DNA of 61,998 nt, counting the filler, from Rhabdomonas costata (taxonomy: Eukaryota), in assembly GCA_019059605.1 (NCBI GenBank). It is 23 parts of 23 records of this genome, joined end to end, with 100 filler letters (N's around TTAATTAATTAA, not from the genome) between each part and the next. Parts side by side here need not be neighbours in the genome. Positions count along the whole stretch, not along the records: positions 59,399 to 61,998 come from JAHMHO010002689.1; 22 more parts are not named here. The stretch is one strand, 5' to 3'. The notes below the pieces were generated by a model. The model did no database searches. It had not been told where the DNA came from and was given only the letters and a program-made list of their open reading frames with translations. How positions within the stretch are numbered: position 1 is the stretch's first letter; each line of letters opens with the position of its first letter. Made by a program: the position numbers and the translations under genes. This document shows, piece by piece, positions 61,912 to 61,998 of the stretch.

Positions 61912-61914
<3 letters not shown>

Positions 61915-61998
61915 CAGCGCCGCTTCACGGGAGGTGCACGAGTCATTTATAAATGCAGAGGGAACCGCCTGCACCCCATGCTTCCTTCACCCACACCC

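Noticed and set aside
1..61998. Most ORF-track entries; tRNA, rRNA and spliced-leader RNA genes
   Set aside because: The ORFs are mostly antisense shadows or intron read-through in GC-rich DNA. I could not recognise any tRNA, rRNA or SL RNA gene by eye.

Overview
This window is not one locus. It is 23 unrelated ~2.6 kb contigs (1-2603, 2704-5306, 5407-8009, 8110-10711, 10812-13404, 13505-16104, 16205-18811, 18912-21513, 21614-24216, 24317-26914, 27015-29612, 29713-32312, 32413-35009, 35110-37708, 37809-40408, 40509-43107, 43208-45806, 45907-48506, 48607-51206, 51307-53902, 54003-56600, 56701-59298, 59399-61998) joined by artificial N-run/TTAATTAATTAA linkers. Most contigs start with G/T-only and end with A/C-only sequence, which suggests degenerate-primer whole-genome amplification. 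The DNA is from an intron-rich eukaryote, probably a euglenid: it has articulin-type VEVPVE repeats, TTAGGG repeats and an HDPY motif. Most ORF-track entries are spurious, so genes were spliced by hand across GT-AG introns. Recognisable gene fragments: MSH2-like MutS ATPase, NUDT14-like Nudix hydrolase, articulin, SSAT-like GNAT, TSG101/Vps23 UEV domain, ankyrin, AtuA/DUF1446-family protein, ornithine decarboxylase, kelch, Sel1-repeat and a GH18 class III chitinase with Cys-rich repeats. There is also one complete 98-aa gene of unknown function, a decayed Tc1/mariner-like transposase and a possible APE-endonuclease relic. The most unusual items are a frameshifted gene fusing RPA70-like OB folds and a Zn ribbon to a USP-type cysteine protease (possible mobile-element cargo), a bacterial-type AtuA gene whose C-terminal motifs appear reordered, and the chitinase with CGxDGCGGxCGxC repeats. 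All family assignments come from motifs recognised by eye; no database search was run.
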